From positions 1 through 64,000 of the forward strand of contig JAQGDQ010000615.1 of assembly GCA_030141605.1 (NCBI GenBank): a stretch of DNA of 64,000 nucleotides, read 5' to 3'. Both the position numbers and the translations under genes were made by a program. The DNA is from Tubiluchus corallicola (Eukaryota > Animalia > Priapulida). Positions 1 through 11,935 of this stretch are shown in pieces. Numbering within the stretch: the first letter of the stretch is position 1; the number at the start of each line of letters is the position of its first letter. A model generated the notes under the pieces. It did not search any database. It was given only the letters and a program-made list of their open reading frames with translations, and was not told the origin of the DNA.

Positions 1-627
1 TTGCAAATGTCCTACTACATCCTATATCTCCTACTATAGGAATAATTATTGCAAAAATTTATTTACACAAATGGGCCTACATTTGCAAATGTCCTACTAC
101 ATCCTATATCACCTACTATAGGAATAATTATTGCAAAAATTTATTTACACAAATAGGCCTACATTTGCAAATGTCCTACTACATCCTATATCTCCTACTA
201 TAGGAATAATTATTGCAAAAATTTATTTACACAAATAGGCCTACATTTGCAAATGTCCTACTACATCCGATATCTCCTACTATAGGCCTTATTATTGCAA
301 AAATTTATTTACACAAATGGGCCTACATTTGCAAATGTCCTACTACATCCTATATCACCTACTATAGGAATAATTATTGCAAAAATTTATTTACACAAAT
401 AGGCCTACATTTGCAAATGTCCTACTACATCCTATATCTCCTACTATAGGAATAATTATTGCAAAAATTTATTTACACAAATAGGCCTACATTTGCAAAT
501 GTCCTACTACATCCTATATCTCCTACTATAGGAATAATTATTGCAAAAATTTATTTACACAAATAGGCCTACATTTGCAAATGTCCTACTACATCCGATA
601 TCTCCTACTATAGGCCTTATTATTGTC
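1..627. repeat. 82-bp tandem satellite, ~7.6 copies, runs off the window start
   Basis: Unit TTGCAAATGTCCTACTACATCCTATATCTCCTACTATAGG... recurs at 1, 83, 165 etc. About 2 reverse-complement copies lie at ~16914-17063. Confidence 0.95.
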
Positions 628-1818
628 AAAATTTATTTTATCAAGAATGCCGACCGTTCTTCGAAATGCGCGAATATAAATTCAATTACATAATGCATAT
701 AATATATGTTACATGTTTAAAACAACAAAACATTTATGTTGTGATAAATTTTATAGCTTTTGTGCAAAGAGAAGCCGCCAAAAATTTAATTTAATCGTCA
801 CAAATGTGATAAACATGGCGGCCATAAAAGTACGTTTATTAAGAACGAGATTTTATATTTTACATTCGCCGAAAAAAGGTTATTGTCCTTTTTCATTTTA
901 ACTGGACGTGTTTAGGTCAACGTGTTTACTTCGTACAGAACAAATCCGTCTTTCGTTCAGTGGAAAAATAAAATTTAACGAAGGTTCTGAAAGCGTCGAA
1001 GTGTCCTATTTTTTGAATTAGTAGAACTGTATAGTGGTTGTTTGTTTCTCATTGAAGAACTAATCAAAATGCAGGAATGGTATGTTAAAGTGAATTTAAA
1101 CAAAACTAAAGCAAGGTTGTTCATTACTGCTATTGTAGAAGGTCCTCTAAGCGTGCTTGCTTGCATACAAGTAAAACAGCAACCAGTATTTTTATTTGCT
1201 CTACAAAGAAGAGAGTCTTTTGGATGTTGTGAACTCACCTCTGTAGCGCTAAGTTCAACCGGACCTAGGTCTGAACCGGGGGAGGGGAGGGTGAGAGGGA
1301 GTTAATACCGTAGCACGAATGTCTAGGTTAAGCTCTTCAATGGTGACGCAGTAAAGCAGTTTATAAAAATACCAATTAACTATTAATGACAAGAATAGAG
1401 ACAATGAATTCAAAATCCCAATTAACAAGGAAAACATGAGCATAAAACTACCGTTGTAGTTTATCTTCAGGTGAAAGAAAAAGACAAAAAAATCACATGG
1501 AATTATTAATACTAATTCTTTTGGGAGTTTTTTTTATTTATAATTATTATTAACGTACAAAGACATCACAATGATGAATAAGCACAGAAGCATAACAAAT
1601 AAAAAACAACTGACGGGGAGATACACACAACTAGGTATAAAATCACTATCTACAGTCACAGGTGTGATGCAACCAGAAGCTAGTTAGTTCTTATCTGTCT
1701 TCTACGTGCTTATATCCTTTCTTAAACATCGTGTTTTTTCTTTCTGTTGTCCTTGTTTTCTAATTGTGGAATTTTTTAAATTTACAGTAAATAAAGTAAA
1801 AACCAAATCAAATTACTC

Positions 1819-2155
1819 CCCCCTCTCTCTCTCTTTCTCTCTCTCTCCCTCCCTCCCTCTACTTCTCTCTCTCTCTCCCTCTCTTCCTCCCTCCCTCTAC
1901 TTCTCTCTCTCTCCCTCCCTCCCTCTACTTCTCTCTCTCTCTTTCTCTCTCTCCGTCCCTCTACTTCTCTCTCTCTCCCTCTCTCTCTCCTCCCCTCTCT
2001 TCCCCCCTCTCTCTCTTTCTCTCTCTCTCCCTCCCTCCCTCTACTTCTCTCTCTCTCCCTCCCTCCCTCTACTTCTCTCTCTCTCCCTCTCTCTCTCCTC
2101 CCTTCTCTTCCCCCCCCTCTCTCTCTTTCTCTCTCTCTCCCTCCCTGCCTCTACT

Positions 2156-2197
<42 letters not shown>

Positions 2198-2505
2198 TTC
2201 TCTCTCTCTCTTTTTTCTCCCCCTCTCTCTCTTCTCCCCCTCTTTCTCGCTCTCACTCTCTCTCCCGCTCTCTCAGAACACATTAACCTTTCTCCACAGA
2301 TAAACAAGAAAACACGCTCAAGAGTAATGTAAAAAAGACGTGGCTGGATTCTGTCTCTCTCTCGCTCTCTCGCTCCCCCTCTCTCTCTCTCCCCCGCTCT
2401 CTCTCTCTCTCTCTGTCTCCTCCCTCTCTCTCTCCCCCTCGCTCCCTCCCCCCTCTTTCTCTCTCTCTCGCTCTCCCCCCCCTCTCTCTCTCCCTCGCTC
2501 CCTCC

Positions 2506-2576
<71 letters not shown>

Positions 2577-2690
2577 CCCCGCTCTCTCTCTCTCCCTCTC
2601 GCACACATACAATCAGAACACATTAACCTTTCTCCACAGATAAACAAGAAAACACGCTCAAGATTAATGTAAAAAAGACGTGGCTGGACT
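1819..2690. repeat. CT-microsatellite-rich minisatellite with two copies of an ~80-bp core
   Basis: (CT)n tracts are interleaved with CAGAACACATTAACCTTTCTCCACAGATAAACAAGAAAACACGCTCAAG at ~2275 and ~2614. The mirror region has three cores. Confidence 0.9.
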
Positions 2691-4042
2691 CTATAATTCC
2701 AAGATCTCCAAATCACGACTTACAAGTTGAAAACAAAAAACCGAACACGAGTCATAAATCATTTTTCTTTCAGTGAACAACAAGCAAGAATTTCAATGTT
2801 TATGTAACGCTGCCTTTTTATAATTTTATTGCAGCGGATAAAACCGTTTCAGGTTGCTTCAGACATCTGATTAAAAATAATTTTTTACACGTTTCTTACT
2901 TACACACAAGTTAACCAAACGGGATAATAATCTTATTAAAAATTCAATTATGGATATAAAAGCTTATGAAAAAATGTGAAAAACAACAGATGCTGGCCTT
3001 GTATCTAACTGTACGTGTGATTTGAATTTCAATATGTCTAAGTAGTACATACATTGATATTGGCTATAAAAACACAATTTATAAACAAGTAAATAGAACA
3101 ATGTACAACATAGCAGAAGTCATCAATTTGAGTCTTAAAATATGAATACAATTCAGTAAAAATTTCATTATGCAAAATTCGGATTAGAGAAATGTTTATT
3201 GTTATCGGCATAAGTCATTTTTTGAAGGGAAATACTTTTGACTTTAACTGTTACTACTTGAAATAATTAAAAATAAAAAAAGCTGTAAATGTAGAATTTG
3301 ACTTTTTTGACAAGCAAATAATTAGGTTTCTAAGATATCGCATAACAAGTAGGTCTAAACATTTTAATACAATTCGTAATCATTCGTTTTATAACATTCT
3401 TGAAGTCATTGGCCAATTTATTTCTGTTTATTTATTTATTATTCGAATTATGACGTATGATTATTCGAATTTTCTTTGATTGTATGTTGTTTAGCTAAGA
3501 GGATGTCAACAACATTCTTATAGCATTTGCACCATACGCCCGGGGGAAAGTTTCGTTTAATACTTTTTATGTGATCTTAATTTGTTCATGTTATTCATTA
3601 TTCTATTAATGTCCTTTCTGTCTCAACTGATTCTGTCATTTTATAAACGACATTGGTACCCTGCGATGCGGGTTGAGAACTGGTTTCCTTAATCAATTAT
3701 CAGGTATGTCAAACGTAACCGAATGCACGTGATTTGAAGAGTCGAACTGAAACTGGCACAGTGCCAATTGTACCAGAGGCTGTCCACGTTGCAGTGAATT
3801 CAGAAGATGGCAAAGTGTAATTTACATTTAATTCATACGCTGGTAGAGTTCTTACGTCAGGGCTGTTAAATTGTTTATTTTTTCCGCCTTCAGAGAAACA
3901 ATAAGTGGTAAAAACCAAGAATCAACTTCCATCAAACAACTTCCGTTAGTGTAGTAATGGTTCAGATCATATAAACTAATTGGTATCAGTATGTATAGTT
4001 ATCACACTTTGCGTTTAGCATAAATAACTACACTTCTATTGA

Positions 4043-4866
4043 GGAGATCGCTGGCATCTATTAGAATTAAATAGAACATTGTAGAATGTTCCGTTAGAAT
4101 AATCGTCTTACCGCGTAGAATGTTCTAGAAAGAAACGTCTATAGGTTTTACACGTCAAATGTAGACACAGGAAAGTTCAAATGTGACTTAGGTAAGTCAA
4201 ATGTAGACATAGGAATTTCCAATGTGTTTTGGTAACTCAAATGTGACTTAGGTAAGTCAAATGTAGATGCATTACTTTGAATAAATCGGTAATTAAGTTA
4301 TTTAAGTGCAAATTAGAGAAAGATAAACCAAAGATAGTGCATCTATTATTAGGCCTATAACATTGTTTTAACTTAAGAGCAATTATTAAAAATTAAAGAA
4401 GATTAAATTTAACATCCTTAAGCTTTACCACCTATCCACATTTGAGATACCAATGTCACATTTGACTTGACATGTGTCTACATTTTACTTACCAAAAATG
4501 CTTAAGATTTGTTGAAAACCATTGTTAACACATTTGAACTACCTAAGTCTACATTTGCGTTACCAAGACACATTTGAATTACCTAAGTCTACATTTGAGT
4601 TAACGCAGGTCTACAGTTGACATGTAAAACCTATGTTCCTTGGCACCCTATATAGTGTATCTGAAAATGCAAGTATACAAGAGAATGTGTAAGTGGCGTC
4701 CGTGTGAATATGCGTGAGTCTCTCTCAGCGGTCTGCTTCGCCTTATATAGCGTGTCCGAGAAGCTTCCAGAAGTTTTGTTCAAAAATATTCTACACGGTA
4801 AGACAATTATTCTAACGGAACATTATACAATGTTCTATTTAATGCTAATAGATGCCAGCGATCTCC
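4043..4866. mobile_element. Non-autonomous TIR element (MITE-like, ~85-bp TIRs); mirror copy at 12481-13304
   Basis: GGAGATCGCTGGCATCTATTAG...GTAGAAT (4043-4120) is inverted at ~4790-4866. No ORF. Confidence 0.7.
4141..4634. mobile_element. Nested MITE with internal ~21-bp repeats; mirror copy at 12713-13206
   Basis: Termini are ATAGGTTTTACACGTCAAATGTAGAC and GTCTACAGTTGACATGTAAAACCTAT. Internal TCAAATGT(A)GACTTAGGTAAG repeats face each other in the two halves. Confidence 0.7.
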
Positions 4867-7261
4867 ACAACAACTTCCGTAATGGCTATGATAAATAACA
4901 ACAGGCTACAGCTTGTGAATAGACGCCCATGGCTTTTTAACTGAACATGTTTTTCAACTTTTTCAACTGAATAATAATAAGGAACAAGTTCTACATGCAG
5001 CCTCTATTAGTTACAGTTGTAGATTTTTTTCAATTTGAATTGACGTGTCACTAAACACAATACTTGGATCTCTAGTTCTAAAAATAACTATTAAGACACA
5101 AAATAATTCACAGTTAAGCAGAGAACAGGCGTACATTGTAATTAGTTATAGTTAAACTTAATAATTATACATTAAAACAACGTGCGATAGGTAAAATTTT
5201 CAGTAAACTTAATAAAAGTAACAATACATAGCCTATATACATATGTATTTATTATTTTCCTAGGTTAGAAGATGTCAGCCGTTCATGTCAATGTTTTGTG
5301 TCGATACAAAGTTTAGCTTTCCGCGTGTAAATAAACTTCTTATATCTTAAACAATATTAAAGAGGTGCTAATTCGAGTATTTCAAGCTGATTTCCAATGT
5401 GGTTATTATTATCTTAAACGCACGCACTTGGGCGAAGAACCAGTGATATTATTTTGGTATTACTCGGTCCGGGAATTGAACCCACAACCACGTTTGCTCA
5501 CGGAACAACCTATATCAAACAATTTCAGCTAACAGCCCAAGCTTTGCAAGTTTCTCTCATGTCTCATGTATAATAAAAACGGCATTTTCGCATTTAACGT
5601 ACGCATTAATTACAGGTGTTATATAAACATAAAAATACCTAGCTTGTAAATAACTGTCTAGAGCAACTCTTATAGCGTCTAGTTATAACGTTGCCTTGTA
5701 ATTTTCAATGTACTTCAAAACACTTAGAAACTGTTTAGGAACTTTGCAAGTCTATAAGCCGAATCTTTCCAACAACAAAACATCTAAAGCTGGTTATACA
5801 AACGAAAACAGCACGGTTCATAAAGTGCTCATTATACTGAAGCCAAACAAAATCAAATTCAACACTTAAGCATCGAAATCTGTCACACGAAGGTAATCCA
5901 AATTATTGTAAATATAGAAAACAGACACCCCCCCCCTCCTCCCTCCGCATGTCCGTCCCAGAGGCCTTACTATATCATTCATGTAAAATTTCATTAGCTT
6001 AAAATCATGCAGCTGGCATCCATAAGAGCAAACAGACAAACTTCTCTCGCTTAATAGCATAGATTTATTTATTTAAAGTTCGCTAAGAGTGAAAACACGT
6101 AGCTAGCAAAATTAACGCCAAAAAACAAGCTATTGTCGTTGTACTAACTAGTATGCAATCCTATACGGTATCTAGTTACGTAAGTAGTTGCATAGGTCAA
6201 GCAAAAGAACAATGAATCAGGCTTATTAATCAGCACAGCTGTCTTACTAAATTGTGTGGGCTTGTTGGTCAGCTTGCAGGTCCTGATTGCTAATTAACCT
6301 GTAAACAGACAGGTGTACTAATACAACTGGAGGCCAGTGGCCAGAAGCGACGACTATTTCACCATTAAAAATAAATTTTCCCACGGATATAAGAGAAAAG
6401 TTAGAAGTAGATAACAGGTGAAAAAGTGCTGTTCTTGGAAAGCATTCAGCCTATGTGACTCAGCTAACGTGCATTCAGTCCATATAAGGAAAAATGTTTA
6501 TAGCTAATATGCAAAACATTTGTGAATTGATGATTTTTCATATGCTACTCGATTTTCAAGTACGGTAAAAAGTATGCATTTTAACATAATTAACACTGGA
6601 AAAACGTTTCTGATAATTAAATGATAGATTAAAAACTTAATTAACGTTGGGCGAGCCCAACTATCAATGACATCACAAACTAACATAATTTCCAACAGCA
6701 AAATTATTCCACGAGAGTGTTGCACGCGTTTGCTAAAGCGAAAATTAATGTGCAGTGCCACTGTAAGATATTCGGTGTGTTGTACTAAAATTAGGCAAGT
6801 TTTAAGATAAAAATTCAAATTATAAATTTACCGCTGTGCTCACACGAGCTGTCGAACGTGTGTAGTTCGTCACAAACTGACACATCTGAAGGAGAGATAC
6901 AGAACCTGATTTTGTGCAATGCGTTTCCGAAACGCAGGCACTAGTGCCCGTCTAACTAGCAACTGGCGAAATGCATGTAACAATGAAGAACTAGTGAAAC
7001 TGTGTTTGTGTGATAATATTTCTCCCATGTAAGGCATTTTTGAAAAAATAGTTTGTTTCCATTCATGATTTTAAAGAGTGGATTGTTTTGACCTACAGTT
7101 TAAGACTGGGTCCGGTTTTGCTTTAACGAAAATGTGAGCGGGGTGCAGCTGAACGAACGAAACAAGTGAGCATACAAGCAAACCAAAGAACAAATAAACA
7201 TACAAACAAATGAAAAAACAAATGAATACACAAGCAAATGAAAGAGTAAATACACAGACAA

Positions 7262-7461
7262 ACAAACGAAGAAGGAAAGAAACATACAAACAAACGAAGG
7301 AAGAAAGGAACATACAAACAAACGAAGGAAGAAAGGAACATACAAACAAACGAAGGAGGAAAGGAACATACAAACAAACGAAGGAAGAAAGAAACATACA
7401 AACAAACGAAGGAGGAAAGGAACATACAAACAAACGAAGGAAGAAAGGAACATACAAACAA
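7262..7461. repeat. 28-bp tandem repeat, ~7 copies, at the inner end of the left arm
   Basis: Unit ACAAACAAACGAAGGAAGAAAGGAACAT. Confidence 0.9.
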
Positions 7462-8190
7462 AACAGCAAGAATGACAACAACAACAGTGACAGCTATAAC
7501 AACAACAGCAAACAAAACAGCAAGAATGACAGCAACAGCAATGACAGCAATAACAACAACAACAACAACAGCAAACAGAATAGCAAGAATGACAACAACA
7601 GCAGCGACAGCAATAACAACAACAGCAAACAGAATAGCAAGAATGACAACAACAGCAACAGTGACAGCAATAACAACAACAGCAAACAGAATAGCAAGAA
7701 TGACAACAACAACAGTGACAGCTATAACAACAACAGCAAACAGAACAGCAAGAATGACAACAACAGCAATGACAGCAATAACAACAACAGCAAACAGAAT
7801 AGCAAGAATGACAACAACAGCAGCGACAGCAATAACAACAACAGCAAACAATAGCAAGAATGACAACAACAACAACAGGACAGCAATAACAATAACAGCA
7901 AACAGAATAGCAAGAATGACAACAACAACAGCAGTGACAGCTATAACAACAACAGCAAACAGAACAGCAAGAATGACAACAACAGCAATAACAGCAATAA
8001 CAACAACAGCAAACAGAATAGCAAGAATGACAACAACAACAACAACAGCAAACAGTGACAGCAATAACAACAACAGCAGCAACAGCAAACAGAATAGCAA
8101 GACAGACAACAACAGACAGCAATAACAACAACAGCAGCAACAGTAAACAGAATGACAACAACAGCAGTGACAGCAACAACAACAACAATA
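7462..8190. repeat. AAC/AGC-rich minisatellite (~55-65 bp unit)
   Basis: Recurring AGCAAACAGAATAGCAAGAATGACAACAAC...; it accounts for the overlapping poly-C/V/N/T ORFs. Confidence 0.9.
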
Positions 8191-9375
8191 TTAAACAACA
8201 GGAGCAATGGCAACAACAACAACATCGATGGTAACAGCAATAGTAGCATCAATAACGGCAATAGTTCCACTAGCAAGTAGATCATGAAATTTTCTATAAC
8301 TGTTACTGATGCATAATCATGAATTATTAATTGTTGGAGTTTTTTCAATTTTCATTCAGAAATCCATGCCTTGAGCCATGTCACCGTTCAGTCATATTGT
8401 ATCCACAACAACACAAATGCGGAAATAATTTGAATATGATGGCGGTTCAAGACATTGAGAAAGCTAATTTTATTTTTTCACTTGGTAATGACCTTTGCTT
8501 CATTAGCAATCCTACACTAATTTATGCTGGTGCACTATCACTAGTATCAGTACGAACTCGTACTTTATAAATAGAACGTACCTTGCCACTGGGGTTTAGC
8601 ATCGTTTTTCTGGTACAGTTTTATTGACATGCTAGTTGACATTGACTTCGTCTTCAATGATTACTATGATGCGATGCGAGCTCAGAGTGTCAATGTCGAG
8701 GCAAAGTTGAAAAAAATCGTGTTGCTGTGAGCATGTCAATACTCAATAGCGGTAACCTTCCATGCCAGCATTATTTGCGCATTAATTTTTTACTTTCACA
8801 CGGCGTTAAAACAGCTAATGAGATTGCTCCTTATTTATCTGAGATTTCTCTTCGAGTTTTTAGCGCTTTATGATACATTTAGGGTGAATAAATGCGCTTA
8901 TTTTTTCGTAGCAATAATTTTGTGCAAAAATGGTATGAAATGATTATTATAGAGATTTATGTGTGTTAAATTTTCATTTTCTTGTTTAATTATTTGTTCG
9001 TTCGTTCGTTTTCCGTTTACTGTTCATCTCTGCATTCATTCCTTTGTTTGTTCATTCATTTATCATTTCTTTTGTTGGTTCTGTGTTTATTTGTTTATCT
9101 GATATTTGTTCATTTTTTAGATTTCTTCCTTCGTTTATACGTACATTTATTTTTGCTCATTTCTTTGTTTATTTTTCTTGTTCCTTTCATTGATTTGTTT
9201 GCTCATTCTTTTTTATATGTGTTTATGTGTGTGTTTGTTTTTTGTTCGTTGTTTGTTTGTTGTTTTATTTGTTTCATTTTTTATTCGTTCATTCATGTGT
9301 TGGTATGTTCATTTGTTTTTTCTTTTGTTTGCGTGTTCTTTTTCTCCTCCTTTTATATGTATGTTCGTCTGTTCT

Positions 9376-10085
9376 TTCGTTTGTTTGTATGTTCCTTTCT
9401 TCCTTCGTTTGTTTGTATGTTCCTTTCTTCCTTCGTTTGTTTGTATGTTCCTTTCTTCCTTCGTTTGTTTGTATGTTCCTTTCTTCCTTCGTTTGTTTGT
9501 ATGTTCCTTTCTTCCTTCGTTTGTTTGTATGTTTCTTTCTTCCTTCGTTTGTTTGTATGTTCCTTTCTTCCTTCGTTTGTTTGTATGTTCCTTTCTTCCT
9601 TCGTTTGTTTGTATGTTCCTTTCCTCCTTCGTTTGTTTGTATGTTCCTTTCTTCCTTCGTTTGTTTGTATGTTTCTTTCTTCCTTCGTTTGTTTGTATGT
9701 TCCTTTACTCCTTCGTTTGTTTGTATGTTCCTTTCTTCCTTCGTTTGTTTGTATGTTCCTTTCCTCCTTCGTTTGTTTGTATGTTCCTTTCTTCCTTCGT
9801 TTGTTTGTATGTTCCTTTCCTCCTTCGTTTGTTTGTATGTTTCTTTCTTCCTTCGTTTGTTTGTATGTTCCTTTCCTCCTTCGTTTGTTTGTATGTTCCT
9901 TTCTTCCTTCGTTTGTTTGTATGTTCCTTTCCTCCTTCGTTTGTTTGTATGTTTCTTTCTTCCTTCGTTTGTTTGTATGTTCCTTTCCTCCTTCGTTTGT
10001 TTGTATGTTCCTTTCTTCCTTCGTTTGTTTGTATGTTCCTTTCTTCCTTCGTTTGTTTGTATGTTTCTTTCCTTCTTCGTTTGTT
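9376..10085. repeat. 28-bp tandem repeat, ~25 copies
   Basis: Unit TTCGTTTGTTTGTATGTTCCTTTCTTCC, preceded by degenerate TTTG-rich sequence at 8980-9375. Confidence 0.95.
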
Positions 10086-11842
10086 TGTCTGTGTATTTAC
10101 TCTTTCATTTGCTTGTGTATTCATTTGTTTTTTCATTTGTTTGTATGTTTATTTGTTCTTTGGTTTGCTTGTATGCTCACTTGTTTCGTTCGTTCAGCTG
10201 CACCCCGCTCACATTTTCGTTAAAGCAAAACCGGACCCAGTCTTAAACTGTAGGTCAAAACAATCCACTCTTTAAAATCATGAATGGAAACAAACTATTT
10301 TTTCAAAAATGCCTTACATGGGAGAAATATTATCACACAAACACAGTTTCACTAGTTCTTCATTGTTACATGCATTTCGCCAGTTGCTAGTTAGACGGGC
10401 ACTAGTGCCTGCGTTTCGGAAACGCATTGCACAAAATCAGGTTCTGTATCTCTCCTTCAGATGTGTCAGTTTGTGACGAACTACACACGTTCGACAGCTC
10501 GTGTGAGCACAGCGGTAAATTTATAATTTGAATTTTTATCTTAAAACTTGCCTAATTTTAGTACAACACACCGAATATCTTACAGTGGCACTGCACATTA
10601 ATTTTCGCTTTAGCAAACGCGTGCAACACTCTCGTGGAATAATTTTGCTGTTGGAAATTATGTTAGTTTGTGATGTCATTGATAGTTGGGCTCGCCCAAC
10701 GTTAATTAAGTTTTTAATCTATCATTTAATTATCAGAAACGTTTTTCCAGTGTTAATTATGTTAAAATGCATACTTTTTACCGTACTTGAAAATCGAGTA
10801 GCATATGAAAAATCATCAATTCACAAATGTTTTGCATATTAGCTATAAACATTTTTCCTTATATGGACTGAATGCACGTTAGCTGAGTCACATAGGCTGA
10901 ATGCTTTCCAAGAACAGCACTTTTTCACCTGTTATCTACTTCTAACTTTTCTCTTATATCCGTGGGAAAATTTATTTTTAATGGTGAAATAGTCGTCGCT
11001 TCTGGCCACTGGCCTCCAGTTGTATTAGTACACCTGTCTGTTTACAGGTTAATTAGCAATCAGGACCTGCAAGCTGACCAACAAGCCCACACAATTTAGT
11101 AAGACAGCTGTGCTGATTAATAAGCCTGATTCATTGTTCTTTTGCTTGACCTATGCAACTACTTACGTAACTAGATACCGTATAGGATTGCATACTAGTT
11201 AGTACAACGACAATAGCTTGTTTTTTGGCGTTAATTTTGCTAGCTACGTGTTTTCACTCTTAGCGAACTTTAAATAAATAAATCTATGCTATTAAGCGAG
11301 AGAAGTTTGTCTGTTTGCTCTTATGGATGCCAGCTGCATGATTTTAAGCTAATGAAATTTTACATGAATGATATAGTAAGGCCTCTGGGACGGACATGCG
11401 GAGGGAGGAGGGGGGGGGGTGTCTGTTTTCTATATTTACAATAATTTGGATTACCTTCGTGTGACAGATTTCGATGCTTAAGTGTTGAATTTGATTTTGT
11501 TTGGCTTCAGTATAATGAGCACTTTATGAACCGTGCTGTTTTCGTTTGTATAACCAGCTTTAGATGTTTTGTTGTTGGAAAGATTCGGCTTATAGACTTG
11601 CAAAGTTCCTAAACAGTTTCTAAGTGTTTTGAAGTACATAGAAAATTACAAGGCAACGTTATAACTAGACGCTATAAGAGTTGCTCTAGACAGTTATTTA
11701 CAAGCTAGGTATTTTTATGTTTATATAACACCTGTAATTAATGCGTACGTTAAATGCGAAAATGCCGTTTTTATTATACATGAGACATGAGAGAAACTTG
11801 CAAAGCTTGGGCTGTTAGCTGAAATTGTTTGATATAGGTTGT

Positions 11843-11935
11843 TCCGTGAGCAAACGTGGTTGTGGGTTCAATTCCCGGACCGAGTAATACCAAAATAATA
11901 TCACTGGTTCTTCGCCCAAGTGCGTGCGTTTAAGA
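11843..11935 (+). mobile_element. tRNA-derived SINE fragment; mirror copy at ~5412-5504 (-)
   Basis: B-box-like GGGTTCAATTCCC within GTGGTTGTGGGTTCAATTCCCGGACCGAG. No complete cloverleaf. Confidence 0.4.

Larger units (their letters stand above)
475..7461 (+). repeat. Left arm of giant inverted repeat
   Basis: Reverse complement of 9885-17063. Mirror ORFs match: 6504..6818(-) with 10528..10842(+), 713..901(+) with 16636..16824(-), 4704..4898(+) with 12449..12643(-). Confidence 0.95.

Noticed and set aside
1706-2716. Ser/Leu- and Arg/Glu-rich ORFs (also 14605-15819, 28296-28910, 57038-57357, 61269-61724, 63689-63998)
   Set aside because: Microsatellite translations.
9376-10085. CRISPR-like 28-bp repeats (also the 82-bp and 48-bp arrays)
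   Set aside because: Units are head-to-tail with no unique spacers, there are no cas genes, and the context is eukaryotic.
8982-10275. Long ORFs of 339-413 aa in all three plus frames (and their mirrors at 7071-8188)
   Set aside because: They are translations of the stop-free 28-bp and AAC tandem repeats, open in several frames, with no domain signal.
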